Shown here: piece by piece, positions 10,239 to 19,402 of the stretch
Layout: each line of letters begins with the position of its first letter
Numbering within the stretch: the first letter of the stretch is position 1
DNA from: Candidatus Entotheonellaceae bacterium
GTDB lineage: Bacteria; Tectomicrobia; Entotheonellia; Entotheonellales; Entotheonellaceae
DNA: 64,000 nt
Reading direction: 5' to 3'
Assembly: GCA_965238075.1 (NCBI GenBank)
Contig: OZ250173.1
Coordinates: 2,016,001-2,080,000, forward strand
The notes under the pieces: generated by a model
Databases searched by the model: none
Told to the model about the DNA's origin: nothing
Seen by the model: the letters and a program-made list of their open reading frames with translations, nothing else
Position numbers and translations under genes: made by a program

Positions 10239-10808
10239 ATGAATGATGGCCCACACAGAAGCTTGCCGATGTCCCGCAAATGGAAGCGGTTTGCAGAACG
10301 CATCTATAACGAAGCGTTTGGTCCTGAACAGGCATACGAGGCGCTCTTGACGGCGCGGTCAGAGGATTGGTGTCAACAAATTCCCAGAAGCCTGGTTAAC
10401 AGAGTTCAGAACGTCCTGTCCGACGGTCAAACTGAGCTCTTCTGCAACCAGATTATTGAGAAACTTGATTCACTTCGGCAAGAAGTGGCTGGATACCGAC
10501 TCGCTGGTGTGTTGCTGGACTACGTTTGCCAGACCCTAGGGAGAGGAGTCCCAGGCGAGAATGCATTGTTGGAGGCGGCTCGTCTGCTCCTTACAGACCG
10601 CTTGGCGCGACGTGCACGTCAAGTCGAAGAACATTACTACAGCGAAGCTACCTGCAATCGCGCCACCGATGTCAGGCGGCGAATCGAAGATGCAATTGGC
10701 GGCCTGAATCTTGCGGCGACGGCTCGTGACCTTCTTGGCATCGTCGAAAATGAGCCTCCCCGAGTTTTCGCGAAACAGACAGGCCTTGACGATGGGGTGC
10801 TCCTCTGA
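10239..10808 (+). CDS. Hypothetical protein, first gene of the cassette
   Basis: AGGAGG precedes ATG 10239 (MNDGPHRSLPM). TGATG overlap with the next gene. More AT-rich than the flanks. Confidence 0.75.
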   Translation: MNDGPHRSLPMSRKWKRFAERIYNEAFGPEQAYEALLTARSEDWCQQIPRSLVNRVQNVLSDGQTELFCNQIIEKLDSLRQEVAGYRLAGVLLDYVCQTLGRGVPGENALLEAARLLLTDRLARRARQVEEHYYSEATCNRATDVRRRIEDAIGGLNLAATARDLLGIVENEPPRVFAKQTGLDDGVLL

Positions 10809-11931
10809 TGGGGAATGCAGAAGCATCGAACTTAGCGTTGTCACAGTATTGCGTCGATGTCGTGGAATTTGGAACCCCCGCCCCTCGTCATTGGATTCGA
10901 TGCGAAATCGGCAAGGACCTCCTATTTGATACGGATAGGCTCCAAACCTATTGCCTCACGAAATGGGATGAACGGCTGTACGATCTGCTGGTCGTTGCCG
11001 CGTCCGTGCAGTTTTGCGACCGAACGAAGGCACGGCCTTCGACCGGGTGGGGCCGAAATTTTGTAGTACGGATTAAGGACCTATTGGGGATTCCTCGCTC
11101 CCCTTCGCTTCCGTCCCTTTTCAGGTTCGGTTTGAGAGTAAACGTTCTGTTGAAACCAGCGCACGGTCCCGAGGCTTCAAGTTTGCAGTGCTAAGTGGTA
11201 TCGCAGCTTATCTGTCAGGAGCCAAAATGGTCATTATGCCCGAGAGTGGGCAGGGCGCCTTGGGACCGAGTCTCGTGCCGGTTGGCCAAGCGTACGAGGA
11301 CTATCGGAATCACCCCTTATTCACTGATCGTATGACGGTCTTTCTCTCAGCCCTTCTCGGTCATGAGGTTTGCTTTACGTATCCTCGCCTTTGGCACACC
11401 AAAGCGGAGACGCTCGCTGAATTCGTGACCAAGTGCCCAGACGGCCCAAATTGGGCTCAAACTCGCTCTTGCTGGCAGAATCAAAGGCACGTTTCCGTAT
11501 CCGGCACGATGCGACAGTGCGGCATCTGCGCGGCGTGTATGCTCCGGCGTATGAGCGCCCACGCAGCAGGTCTCACGGAGTGCAGACAATCCTATGTCTG
11601 GGAGGATTTGACTGTGGCTCGATACGAAGACGGTGCCGCCGCTTCGTATGGAAACAGGGAGCCGAGGGGCGCAATGCATGAATACGCAATTGCCGGAACG
11701 CTTCATCTCGATCACTTGGCGAGCGTTCTGCAATCCTCGGCAAACCAAGCCGGTCTTTCTCGACAAGTTTTTCTGTTGAGCCGTTCCCGGGGACTCACTG
11801 AAGAGAAAGTTCGAGCAAAACTGCACCGGCTAATCAGGCAACACGCAAAGGAGTGGAGAGGTTTTGTCGACTCCCTGGGGCCTAAGTCGTTTGTAACCCA
11901 GTGGATTGGGAGGGGAGAGGGGCATGTCTGA
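10808..11931 (+). pseudogene. QueC/QatC-like PP-loop protein with an internal deletion and frameshift near 11075
   Basis: N-part (frame of 10808): YDLLVVAASVQFCDR..R..GWGRNFVVRI. C-part (another frame, open from 11077): PFASVPF..ETSARSRGFKF..TKAE..TRSCW..CGICAACMLRR. The central PP-loop (SxGxDS) region is absent. Confidence 0.72.
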
Positions 11932-13096
11932 GGAGGGGTTGAATCCCATTGAGATTGGTAGGCGTCTGCGGATTGCGCGTGAAACGGCCGACATGACGCA
12001 GGCACATGCAGCCGCCAGTATCAACGTGGCGCGCACGACGCTGGTGGCCATGGAGAAAGGACAGCGCGCCGTTCGCACCGCTGAACTTCTGCCGTTGGCC
12101 AAGTTGTACGAGACGTCGGTCAACGCGTTGCTGCGCCGTGAGTCCGTTTATGTTGACCTTGTGCCTCGTTTTCGGAAACTGCCCGCGTGCAAGGAAGAGT
12201 CATCCGACGAAGCAGCCAGAGTGCTGGAAGCCCTTGTGCAGGCCGAAGTGGAACTGGAAAACCTGCTCGGTGTCATTCGTCCCCGGAACTACCCTCCACA
12301 ACGACCTCTCATGCCGGGCGATGTGCGGACTCAGGCCGAAAATGACGCGACCGAACTCCGCCACAAGCTCGGCCTGGGCTTGGCGCCGGTGCATGACGTG
12401 ACGAGTCTCTTGGAACTCGACCTTGGCATTCGCGTTTATATCCGGCGGCTTGACGCCCGTGTATCGGGATTGTTCGCCTATGATGAGCAGGTTGGCGCGT
12501 GCATATTGCTGAATGCCAATCACCCACGCGAACGCCGAGCACAAAGCGCGGCGCATGAACTGGGGCATTTTGTTTCAAGCCGCCAAGCACCCGAAGTGCT
12601 GTATGGCGACGGCCGAGAAAACTCGCGCGAGGAACGGTACGCCATTGCGTTCGCACGAGCCTTTCTGACGCCGGCACGGACGGTTATGCAGAGATTCCGG
12701 GACGTAACGCAAGGGGCGTCCCACCTGACGCGGCGTCACGTCATTCTACTTGCGCACGCCTTTGGCGTATCGCGTGAAGCCATGGTCCGGCGGTTCGAAG
12801 AACTCAGTCTGACCAAATCGGGGACCTGGGATTGGTTTGAGGGGAATGGCGGCATCACGAACGAACAGGCGAAGCAGGTGCTCGGGGATACGGCGGTTGT
12901 GGACCCGATTGATGCGAAGAGTCCAACGACGCTTCGTCTAAGCCTGTTGGCTGCTGAGGCATGGCGACAAGAACTGCTCGGCGAGGGGCAGCTTGCCCGC
13001 CTGTTGCGTCTGGATCGAGTTCAGTTGCGCGAAATTCTGGATGGGGTGGAGGTAGAAGGAGGCGACACGGATGGAGCGCCAAAGCTGCCTCACTGA
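11924..13096 (+). CDS. XRE HTH fused to ImmA/IrrE (M78, COG2856) metallopeptidase
   Basis: IGRRLRIARE..MTQAHAA..RTTLVAMEKGQR HTH; AHELGH zinc motif; EERYA. Confidence 0.9.
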   Translation: MSEEGLNPIEIGRRLRIARETADMTQAHAAASINVARTTLVAMEKGQRAVRTAELLPLAKLYETSVNALLRRESVYVDLVPRFRKLPACKEESSDEAARVLEALVQAEVELENLLGVIRPRNYPPQRPLMPGDVRTQAENDATELRHKLGLGLAPVHDVTSLLELDLGIRVYIRRLDARVSGLFAYDEQVGACILLNANHPRERRAQSAAHELGHFVSSRQAPEVLYGDGRENSREERYAIAFARAFLTPARTVMQRFRDVTQGASHLTRRHVILLAHAFGVSREAMVRRFEELSLTKSGTWDWFEGNGGITNEQAKQVLGDTAVVDPIDAKSPTTLRLSLLAAEAWRQELLGEGQLARLLRLDRVQLREILDGVEVEGGDTDGAPKLPH

Positions 13097-13682
13097 TCGG
13101 ACGGTCCCCGTTGTCGCCGATACAAGCGTGTTGATCAATCTGAATGCCACGAAGTATGCCGAAACCATTCTGGATGCCTTGCCCAATCCATTCCTTGTTG
13201 TATCAGAGGTCATTCTGGAGCTCAAAAGCGGCGTGCAAGCCGGCCGGGACGACGCTGCCGCGGTCGACGCATGGCATGCGTCGGGACAAGTACAATTCGT
13301 GCAGCTTGGCGTCACTGGGATGAAGCATTTTGCCAGCCTCGTCTCCGGCTCCGTTGCTCAAACACTTGACGACGGGGAAGCCGCAACGATTGCCTATGCG
13401 CTTGAGCTGAAACCCCACGCCGTCCCCCTCTTGGACGAGCGCAAAGCGAACCGGATATGTGCGGCGCGTTTCGTCGGTCTCGTAACGGGAAGCACCGTTG
13501 ATCTTTTGGCTCACGACGATGTCTGGGCAGCCCTTGGGTGTGTCCCTCTTGCCGACGCGATTTTCAACGCGCTCCACGACGGCCGCATGCGAGTTCTGCC
13601 ACATCATTTGAAATGGGTCGTTGACCTGATAGGTCCGGAGCGCGCGAGGCAGTGCAGGTCTCTGCCGAGATCAGTCCGTTAG
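13071..13682 (+). CDS. PIN-domain protein (DUF3368-like)
   Basis: VADTSVLINL, LDDGEAATIAYA, LLDERKANR acidic PIN motifs. Overlaps the XRE-M78 gene. Confidence 0.75.
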   Translation: MERQSCLTDRTVPVVADTSVLINLNATKYAETILDALPNPFLVVSEVILELKSGVQAGRDDAAAVDAWHASGQVQFVQLGVTGMKHFASLVSGSVAQTLDDGEAATIAYALELKPHAVPLLDERKANRICAARFVGLVTGSTVDLLAHDDVWAALGCVPLADAIFNALHDGRMRVLPHHLKWVVDLIGPERARQCRSLPRSVR

Positions 13683-13710
13683 CGAAAGTGACCGCGACCA
13701 GGGGAGGGGA

Positions 13711-13929
13711 CGCCAGGCGGGCATCGACGCCGAGCTCGTGGCGCTGCCCGGGCGCATTGCGCCGCTGCCGGTCACGTACGCCGGGGGCATTCGCAGCATG
13801 GCGGACGTCGAGCAGATTCGGGAGTCCGGTCAGGACAAGCTGGATTTCACGGTGGGAAGCGCCCTCGACCTCTTCGGCGGCACCGGGCTGCGCTACGTGG
13901 ACTTGGTGGCTCTCAACCGGCGAAGCTGA
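13711..13929 (+). pseudogene. Displaced 3' fragment of hisA (repeat copy 2)
   Basis: Encodes RQAGIDAELVAL..TYAGGIRS..GSALDLFGG..ALNRRS* with no 5' part. Confidence 0.92.
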
Positions 13930-14057
13930 GCATCGGTTTGTCCTGGTTTCAGACACTTGCACGCCCTGCAGAAACGCGCTTCAATGCGCGCCGATTTGTG
14001 CGAGGCGGATCATGGAGCGGCAAGACCCGGGCACCGGAACGGGTCAGGGAGAATTCC

Positions 14058-15602
14058 ATGACGAGACGAAGATTGCCCATTGGCCTGCAGACCTTTCGCA
14101 CGCTGCGCGAGGAGGACTACTACTACGTTGACAAGACCGCCTATATGGGGCGATTGGTGGACGAGGGCACGCACTACTTTCTGTCGCGCCCGCGGCGCTT
14201 CGGCAAAAGCCTGTTGCTGGACACGCTGAAGGAACTGTTCGAAGGCAGCGAGACGCTGTTCGCAGGGTTGGATATCCACCGTCGCTGGGATTGGTCGGTG
14301 CGTCACCCGGTGGTACGCCTCGACTTCAGCGGCGGCGATTACCAGGACCCGGACGGGTTGCGCCGGAACGTGATGGCGCAACTGGACGGCGTCGAGCGTT
14401 GGGCGCAGGTGACGGCGGAGGGTTCGGGTCCCGAGCGGTTTGGTTTCCTGTTGGAAGCGCTGCACCGCAAGACGAGTCGGCGGGTGGTGGTGCTGATCGA
14501 CGAGTACGACAAGCCGATCCTGGATGCACTGGGGTCGCCGGAACTGGCGCGGGCCAACCGCGACTATCTGCGCAGCCTGTACGCGAACATCAAGTTTGCG
14601 GACGCGCACGTCCGCTTCACCTTCCTCACGGGCGTCAGCAAGTTCTCCAAGGTCAACCTGTTCTCCGGCCTCAACAACCTCAAGGACATCACCCTGGACC
14701 GGCGCTACTCGGCGGTCTGCGGCTACACGGAAGCGGATTTGGACACCGTGTTCGCGCCCGAACTCCCCGGCCTGGACCGGGAGCGGATCCGCGACTGGTA
14801 CAACGGCTACTGCTGGCGCGGCGCGGAGAAGGTGTACAACCCCTACGACGTCTTGTTGTTGTTCGACAGCCGCGAGTTCGCCGCCCACTGGTTCGAGACC
14901 GCGACGCCAACGTTCCTGGTGGAGACCCTGTTCCAGCGCCGGGTCACCACGGTGTCGCTCGGCGAGACGGTGAGCACCGCAGAGTTGCTGTCGGCCTTCG
15001 ACGTGGACCACATCGGCACCGAGGCGCTGCTGTTCCAGACCGGCTACCTGACTATCGTGTCGGAAGAAAATGTGGGCGGCAGGGCGCTGTATCGGCTCGG
15101 CTATCCGAACCGTGAGGTGCGTCAGAGCCTGAATGAACATCTGCTGCACCATCTGGTGCAGGATACGGCGCGGCAGACCGCCAACAGCGTCCGCTTGTAC
15201 CGCCTGCTGGAGGCGAACGACTTCGCGGCGATGCAGGCGTTGTTTCAGGCGTTTTTTGCGAGCATTCCGTACGAGTGGTATACGAACAACGACATCGCGC
15301 ATTACGAGGGCTACTACGCGAGCGTGTTCTATTCGTACTTTGCGGCGCTGGGGTTCGAGATCGTGGTGGAAGACAGCAGCAACCACGGTCGTCTGGACAT
15401 GGCGGTGCGAACGGGCGGTCACGTCTATCTGTTCGAGTTCAAGGTGGTGGAGTTGGCGCCTGAGGGAGCGGCGCTGGCGCAGCTCAAGGAGCGGGGCTAC
15501 GCGGAGAAGTATCGCGGTCGGGGAGAACCGGTCCATCTGATCGGGGTGGAGTTCAGCCGTGAGACTCGCACCGTGACGGCGTTCGAGGTGGCGGATGGCT
15601 GA
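14058..15602 (+). CDS. AAA-like ATPase with C-terminal PD-(D/E)XK nuclease-like domain (DUF1703/PDDEXK_9 type)
   Basis: LPIGLQTF..YYVDKT, SRPRRFGKS, LIDEYDKP, GRLD..YLFEFK..ALAQLKERGYAEKY. Confidence 0.9.
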   Translation: MTRRRLPIGLQTFRTLREEDYYYVDKTAYMGRLVDEGTHYFLSRPRRFGKSLLLDTLKELFEGSETLFAGLDIHRRWDWSVRHPVVRLDFSGGDYQDPDGLRRNVMAQLDGVERWAQVTAEGSGPERFGFLLEALHRKTSRRVVVLIDEYDKPILDALGSPELARANRDYLRSLYANIKFADAHVRFTFLTGVSKFSKVNLFSGLNNLKDITLDRRYSAVCGYTEADLDTVFAPELPGLDRERIRDWYNGYCWRGAEKVYNPYDVLLLFDSREFAAHWFETATPTFLVETLFQRRVTTVSLGETVSTAELLSAFDVDHIGTEALLFQTGYLTIVSEENVGGRALYRLGYPNREVRQSLNEHLLHHLVQDTARQTANSVRLYRLLEANDFAAMQALFQAFFASIPYEWYTNNDIAHYEGYYASVFYSYFAALGFEIVVEDSSNHGRLDMAVRTGGHVYLFEFKVVELAPEGAALAQLKERGYAEKYRGRGEPVHLIGVEFSRETRTVTAFEVADG

Positions 15603-15814
15603 CGGCGCTGCGCGTCATGCGGTGCTTGGGTGGCTTCGATACCCGCGAGACCGGAGATTCGTCGGGCAAGACGATAACGGGCCTGGAGTTGACCGACACC
15701 GAGACGCCGGGGACAGCGTGAGCCACCCGTTCATGCTGTTGGCGCCGGGTGGGAAGTGACGGAGCGCTGTGCAAAAGTCGATTGGAGATGTGGACTACGC
15801 CAGAAATCTCTACC

Positions 15815-16402
15815 TTACGGCCATGCGCGCATCGCCTTTTTCACCATAGCGACCAAGACATCGCGCTGCACGCCATTGCGCGCCAGAACCGAGAGCAAGA
15901 TGACCTGCCCTTGTAGGAACCGAGCTAACAAATCGGTATCCTCATCTGGCCCCAATTGGCCTTCGACCCTGGCGCGTTGTAACCGTCCCTGGACGGCCCC
16001 CAGGATACGCAAATATAGTTGCCTGACTCGTTCTCCGACCTTGGAGCTGAGTACAGCGCTTTCCTGCACGGTATTCATTAACATGCAGCTGTGCGCGTCG
16101 TCCGGTTTCGTGACGCTATCTGCCATCCTGAGCAAGTGAGCCTCAACGGCGCGACGTGCGTCCGGTTCATCTTCTAACATTTCCGCACAGTCTGTGTAGG
16201 CGAGTGCCATGTAACGATCCAGCGCCAGCAAAAAAAGCGATTCCTTGTCGCCGAACGCAGCATAGAGCCCCGTTCGACCAACCCCGGTTGCTGCGGTCAA
16301 ATCGGTAATCGAAGTCGCCTGGAAACCGCGCTCCCAAAACACTCGGAGTGCCTTGGCTAGCGCCTCTTCCGTATCGAATTCGCGCGGTCGGCCTCTCACC
16401 AT
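15815..16402 (-). CDS. TetR/AcrR-family regulator (NemR/ComR-like)
   Basis: RGRPREFD..ALRVFWERGF..TSITDL..GLYAAFGDKESLF. Confidence 0.92.
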   Translation of the reverse strand: MVRGRPREFDTEEALAKALRVFWERGFQATSITDLTAATGVGRTGLYAAFGDKESLFLLALDRYMALAYTDCAEMLEDEPDARRAVEAHLLRMADSVTKPDDAHSCMLMNTVQESAVLSSKVGERVRQLYLRILGAVQGRLQRARVEGQLGPDEDTDLLARFLQGQVILLSVLARNGVQRDVLVAMVKKAMRAWP

Positions 16403-16450
16403 CACCACCAACCCAATCTGGATACGTTGAGAAATTAGGACGATTAATCC

Positions 16451-16499
16451 TTGACTTTAGATCGCCAGGCACTAATTATGTACTGATCGGTACGTAATT
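16451..16499. promoter_or_regulatory. Candidate promoter with an imperfect palindromic TetR operator
   Basis: TTGACT at 16451. AATTATGTACTGATCGGTACGTAATT (16474-16499) is a 26-bp near-palindrome lying between the divergent tetR and hydrolase genes. Confidence 0.7.
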
Positions 16500-16632
16500 G
16501 CTGAGGTAACGGCCGCGGCATGGCTGAAAGCAAGAAAATTGATCGTCGCGCCGCGAACTGCCAGTGACCGCTTAGAGAGCAAAACGATGCGGACCGCAGG
16601 CCGCTCCATAAGCCCATACAGGAGGTACAAAC

Positions 16633-17646
16633 ATGAAGCACCGCTTCCTGCCGTTGCCGAACCAAGATTTAGCGGCAGCGGCGAAGGTTTTTTCCCGCAC
16701 ATTATTGGGCCAAATAATCGCGAAAGTCATTAGTCGCAGAGTCGGGCATGCCCGGGTTATGTCACGGATGACAAGTATCCTGGCCATTGTCAGCACGATT
16801 TTTTGTATCACGCAGAGTGCATCCGCCGAAGGACTGGAAACTCGGATTTTCAATGCGACGGCGGAGGAATGGAATACCACCTCAGTGCTCATCATGGGCG
16901 ACACAGAAATGATCGTCGTCTGCGGGCAGAGCATGAAATCGTCCGCTGAACGGTTGGCAAGAGAGATCCGGGCCACTGGTCTCAAGTTGAAGGCGGTGTT
17001 CTTAACCCATGCACATCTCGACCATTCACAAGGTGCTTCGGTTATTTTGAAGCATTTCCCGGAAGCAAAGTTCATCGCAACGCCCGACGTGGCCGCGCGG
17101 CAACGCGCGCGCATACCCACAGACGACGCGTTTTCACGCCTGATTCTCGGTCCCAGGGCCGCCGTGCCGTCTGTCCCTGCGGAGGATTATGAAGGGTCTA
17201 CACTTGAGATTGACGGTGAGATCGTTGAACTCTGGACCGGATTGTATGGAGACGCCGCCACCGCTCCCCCTGACGAACCCCATACGGCCCTTTATATTCC
17301 GTCCCTCCATACGCTGATCCCAAGCGATATCGTCTACAACAACGCGCACGTCAGCATGGGCGGCACGACACCGGAAAGCCGCGCGAAATGGGTGGCGCAA
17401 TTCGAAGATTGGCTGGAACGGGACTTCAATCTCGTCGTCCCGGGACACCAGCCTGCCGGATCGGAGCTGACTGCAAGGGGGGCGTTGACACATACGCGCG
17501 CCTACGTGATCGCTTACGGTGAGGAAGTTGAGCGCGCTGCCACCGCCGATGAACTTGTCGCTGCGATGATCCGCAGGTTTCCTCACATCAAGCATGAGAT
17601 AGCTCTCCGTCTTTCCGCACGCATCGATTTCAGAGGAGGTCAATGA
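16633..17646 (+). CDS. MBL-fold metallo-hydrolase, probably exported
   Basis: THAHLDH, SD.VYN..H, VVPGH. Hydrophobic stretch ending ASA. ATG 16633 has AGGAGG; alternative start near 16768. Confidence 0.82.
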   Translation: MKHRFLPLPNQDLAAAAKVFSRTLLGQIIAKVISRRVGHARVMSRMTSILAIVSTIFCITQSASAEGLETRIFNATAEEWNTTSVLIMGDTEMIVVCGQSMKSSAERLAREIRATGLKLKAVFLTHAHLDHSQGASVILKHFPEAKFIATPDVAARQRARIPTDDAFSRLILGPRAAVPSVPAEDYEGSTLEIDGEIVELWTGLYGDAATAPPDEPHTALYIPSLHTLIPSDIVYNNAHVSMGGTTPESRAKWVAQFEDWLERDFNLVVPGHQPAGSELTARGALTHTRAYVIAYGEEVERAATADELVAAMIRRFPHIKHEIALRLSARIDFRGGQ

Positions 17647-18500
17647 TGGGCCATAAACAACGTCCAAGTTTAGCAGAAGCGCGTCCAGCGCAGAACCCTC
17701 AAGAACGTGAGGGATGTGAACCCAAGCAGCGCTGTGATCACCCCGCCCAAGACCGATCCGAGGGAAAGCGGCTTGATCGCCGTCGATTCATGCGTTCAGT
17801 GGTCGGCGTCTCGGGTGCCGCCCTTGCGGCAGGCGCCCTGACGACACGCGGCGGCCCGCTAGGGGCCTCCGAGGCTCATGCGGCGTCCGACGGCTCGCTA
17901 AGGCAGCGAACGGCCGTCGTGATCATCGATCCCTACAATGATTTCCTCTCTCACAATGGCGCAGCGTGGCCAGTCGTCGGCGCAGTGGTGCGGGCCGTCG
18001 GGGTCGTGGATAACCTGAAAAAGCTTCTGGTCGGTGCCCGCTCCACGGGAACCCAGGTCGTGTATGCGCCGCACCGAAGATACCGGAAAGGTGACTACGC
18101 CAATTGGAAATTCCGCAATTGGTCGCACAAGGGAATCATGAATTACAAGATGTTTGCCCATGGCACGCCGCGCGGCGAATTTCTGGACGGGTTGAAGGCT
18201 GAACCCGGTGACATGGTCGCGTTGGAGCACTGGAGCGCGAGTGGATTCGCCAACACCGATCTCAATCAGATCCTGCGGCAACACGGGATTGACCACGTCG
18301 CGTTGGCTGGCATGTTGACCAATACATGCGTGGAGGCCACCGGCCGTGAGGCTGTTGAGCTGGGCTACCATGTAACGATGATAAAGGATGCCGTCGGCTG
18401 CATGTCGCAGAAGGAGCAAACCGCAGCCGTCGAACTTAGCTATCCGCGGTTTGCCCACGCAATCCTTTCGACCGACGAGTTCCTTGCGACCTTGGGTTGA
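17643..18500 (+). CDS. Isochorismatase-family cysteine hydrolase with a Tat-like signal
   Basis: DRRRFMR + hydrophobic segment + AHA; IIDPYNDF, SGFANTDL, GMLTNTCVEATGR. Confidence 0.85.
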   Translation: MMGHKQRPSLAEARPAQNPQEREGCEPKQRCDHPAQDRSEGKRLDRRRFMRSVVGVSGAALAAGALTTRGGPLGASEAHAASDGSLRQRTAVVIIDPYNDFLSHNGAAWPVVGAVVRAVGVVDNLKKLLVGARSTGTQVVYAPHRRYRKGDYANWKFRNWSHKGIMNYKMFAHGTPRGEFLDGLKAEPGDMVALEHWSASGFANTDLNQILRQHGIDHVALAGMLTNTCVEATGREAVELGYHVTMIKDAVGCMSQKEQTAAVELSYPRFAHAILSTDEFLATLG

Positions 18501-18584
18501 GGCAATTCTCGTGCTCGGCTTCCCGCAATCGGGGGAATACACCTTAACGCCCTGGTCGATTTTCCGGCGCCACCTCACTGAGCG

Positions 18585-19391
18585 TCAACGACCGGGGTTA
18601 CTCGTCAACTGCACACACAGGTCATCCAGTACCCGTTGCGCCATGGGTGGCGTGTCTGCGGTCAGATGGGCGAGAAATTCACGGTTTCCCTTGGGACCCG
18701 ACAGGGGAGAAGGGATGGCGGCGCGCAGCGCCAGCTTGCACGCTTGCGCCGCTGTCAAAACCGCCTGCAAAACCTGCCGGTGCTGACCCGCATCGCGCAC
18801 CACGCCGCCTTTTCCGACCTCGCCTTTTCCGACTTCGAATTGCGGTTTGATGAGCAGTATCGCTTCGGCTTGTGGGGTCAGCAGGGGAACGAGGGCGGGG
18901 AGCAGCAGGCGCAGCGAAATGAACGAGGCGTCCACCGTCAGGAAGCTCATGCGTTCCGGGAAGTCATGGGGCGTCAGGTAGCGGGCGTTGGTGCGCTCGC
19001 GCACGACGACGCGCGGGTCGTTGCGCAGCCGCCAGTGCAACTGGCCGTAGCCGACGTCCACGGCGTAGACACACCGGGCGCCGGCTTGCAGGAGGCAGTC
19101 GGTAAAGCCGCCCGTGGAGGCGCCGACGTCGAGGGCGATGGCATCCTGCACCCGGCAATCAAACGCCTCAAGACCTGCCGCCAATTTCTCGCCGCCGCGG
19201 CTGACGTACGGACTCGGATCTCCTAGTAACTTCACGTCCGCCTGGGCGGCCACCCGCGCCCCGCATTGCGTCAGGCACTGGCCGTCCACGGCGATTTTGC
19301 CCGCCAGGATCAGCGCCTGGGCCTGGGCGCGGCTGGGCGCCAACTGTCGTTGCCAGACCAGGATGTCGAGTCGTTCCCGTTCGGCGGCCAT
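18585..19391 (-). CDS. tlyA: TlyA-family rRNA methyltransferase
   Basis: S4 domain, YVSRGGEKL, DVGASTGGFTDCLLQ, DASFISL, KPQFE, GPKGNREF. Confidence 0.95.
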   Translation of the reverse strand: MAAERERLDILVWQRQLAPSRAQAQALILAGKIAVDGQCLTQCGARVAAQADVKLLGDPSPYVSRGGEKLAAGLEAFDCRVQDAIALDVGASTGGFTDCLLQAGARCVYAVDVGYGQLHWRLRNDPRVVVRERTNARYLTPHDFPERMSFLTVDASFISLRLLLPALVPLLTPQAEAILLIKPQFEVGKGEVGKGGVVRDAGQHRQVLQAVLTAAQACKLALRAAIPSPLSGPKGNREFLAHLTADTPPMAQRVLDDLCVQLTSNPGR

Positions 19392-19402
19392 GCGCTCTCT
19401 GC

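Noticed and set aside
15603-15810. Gene remnant after the AAA-PDDEXK gene
   Set aside because: No frame gave a recognisable motif
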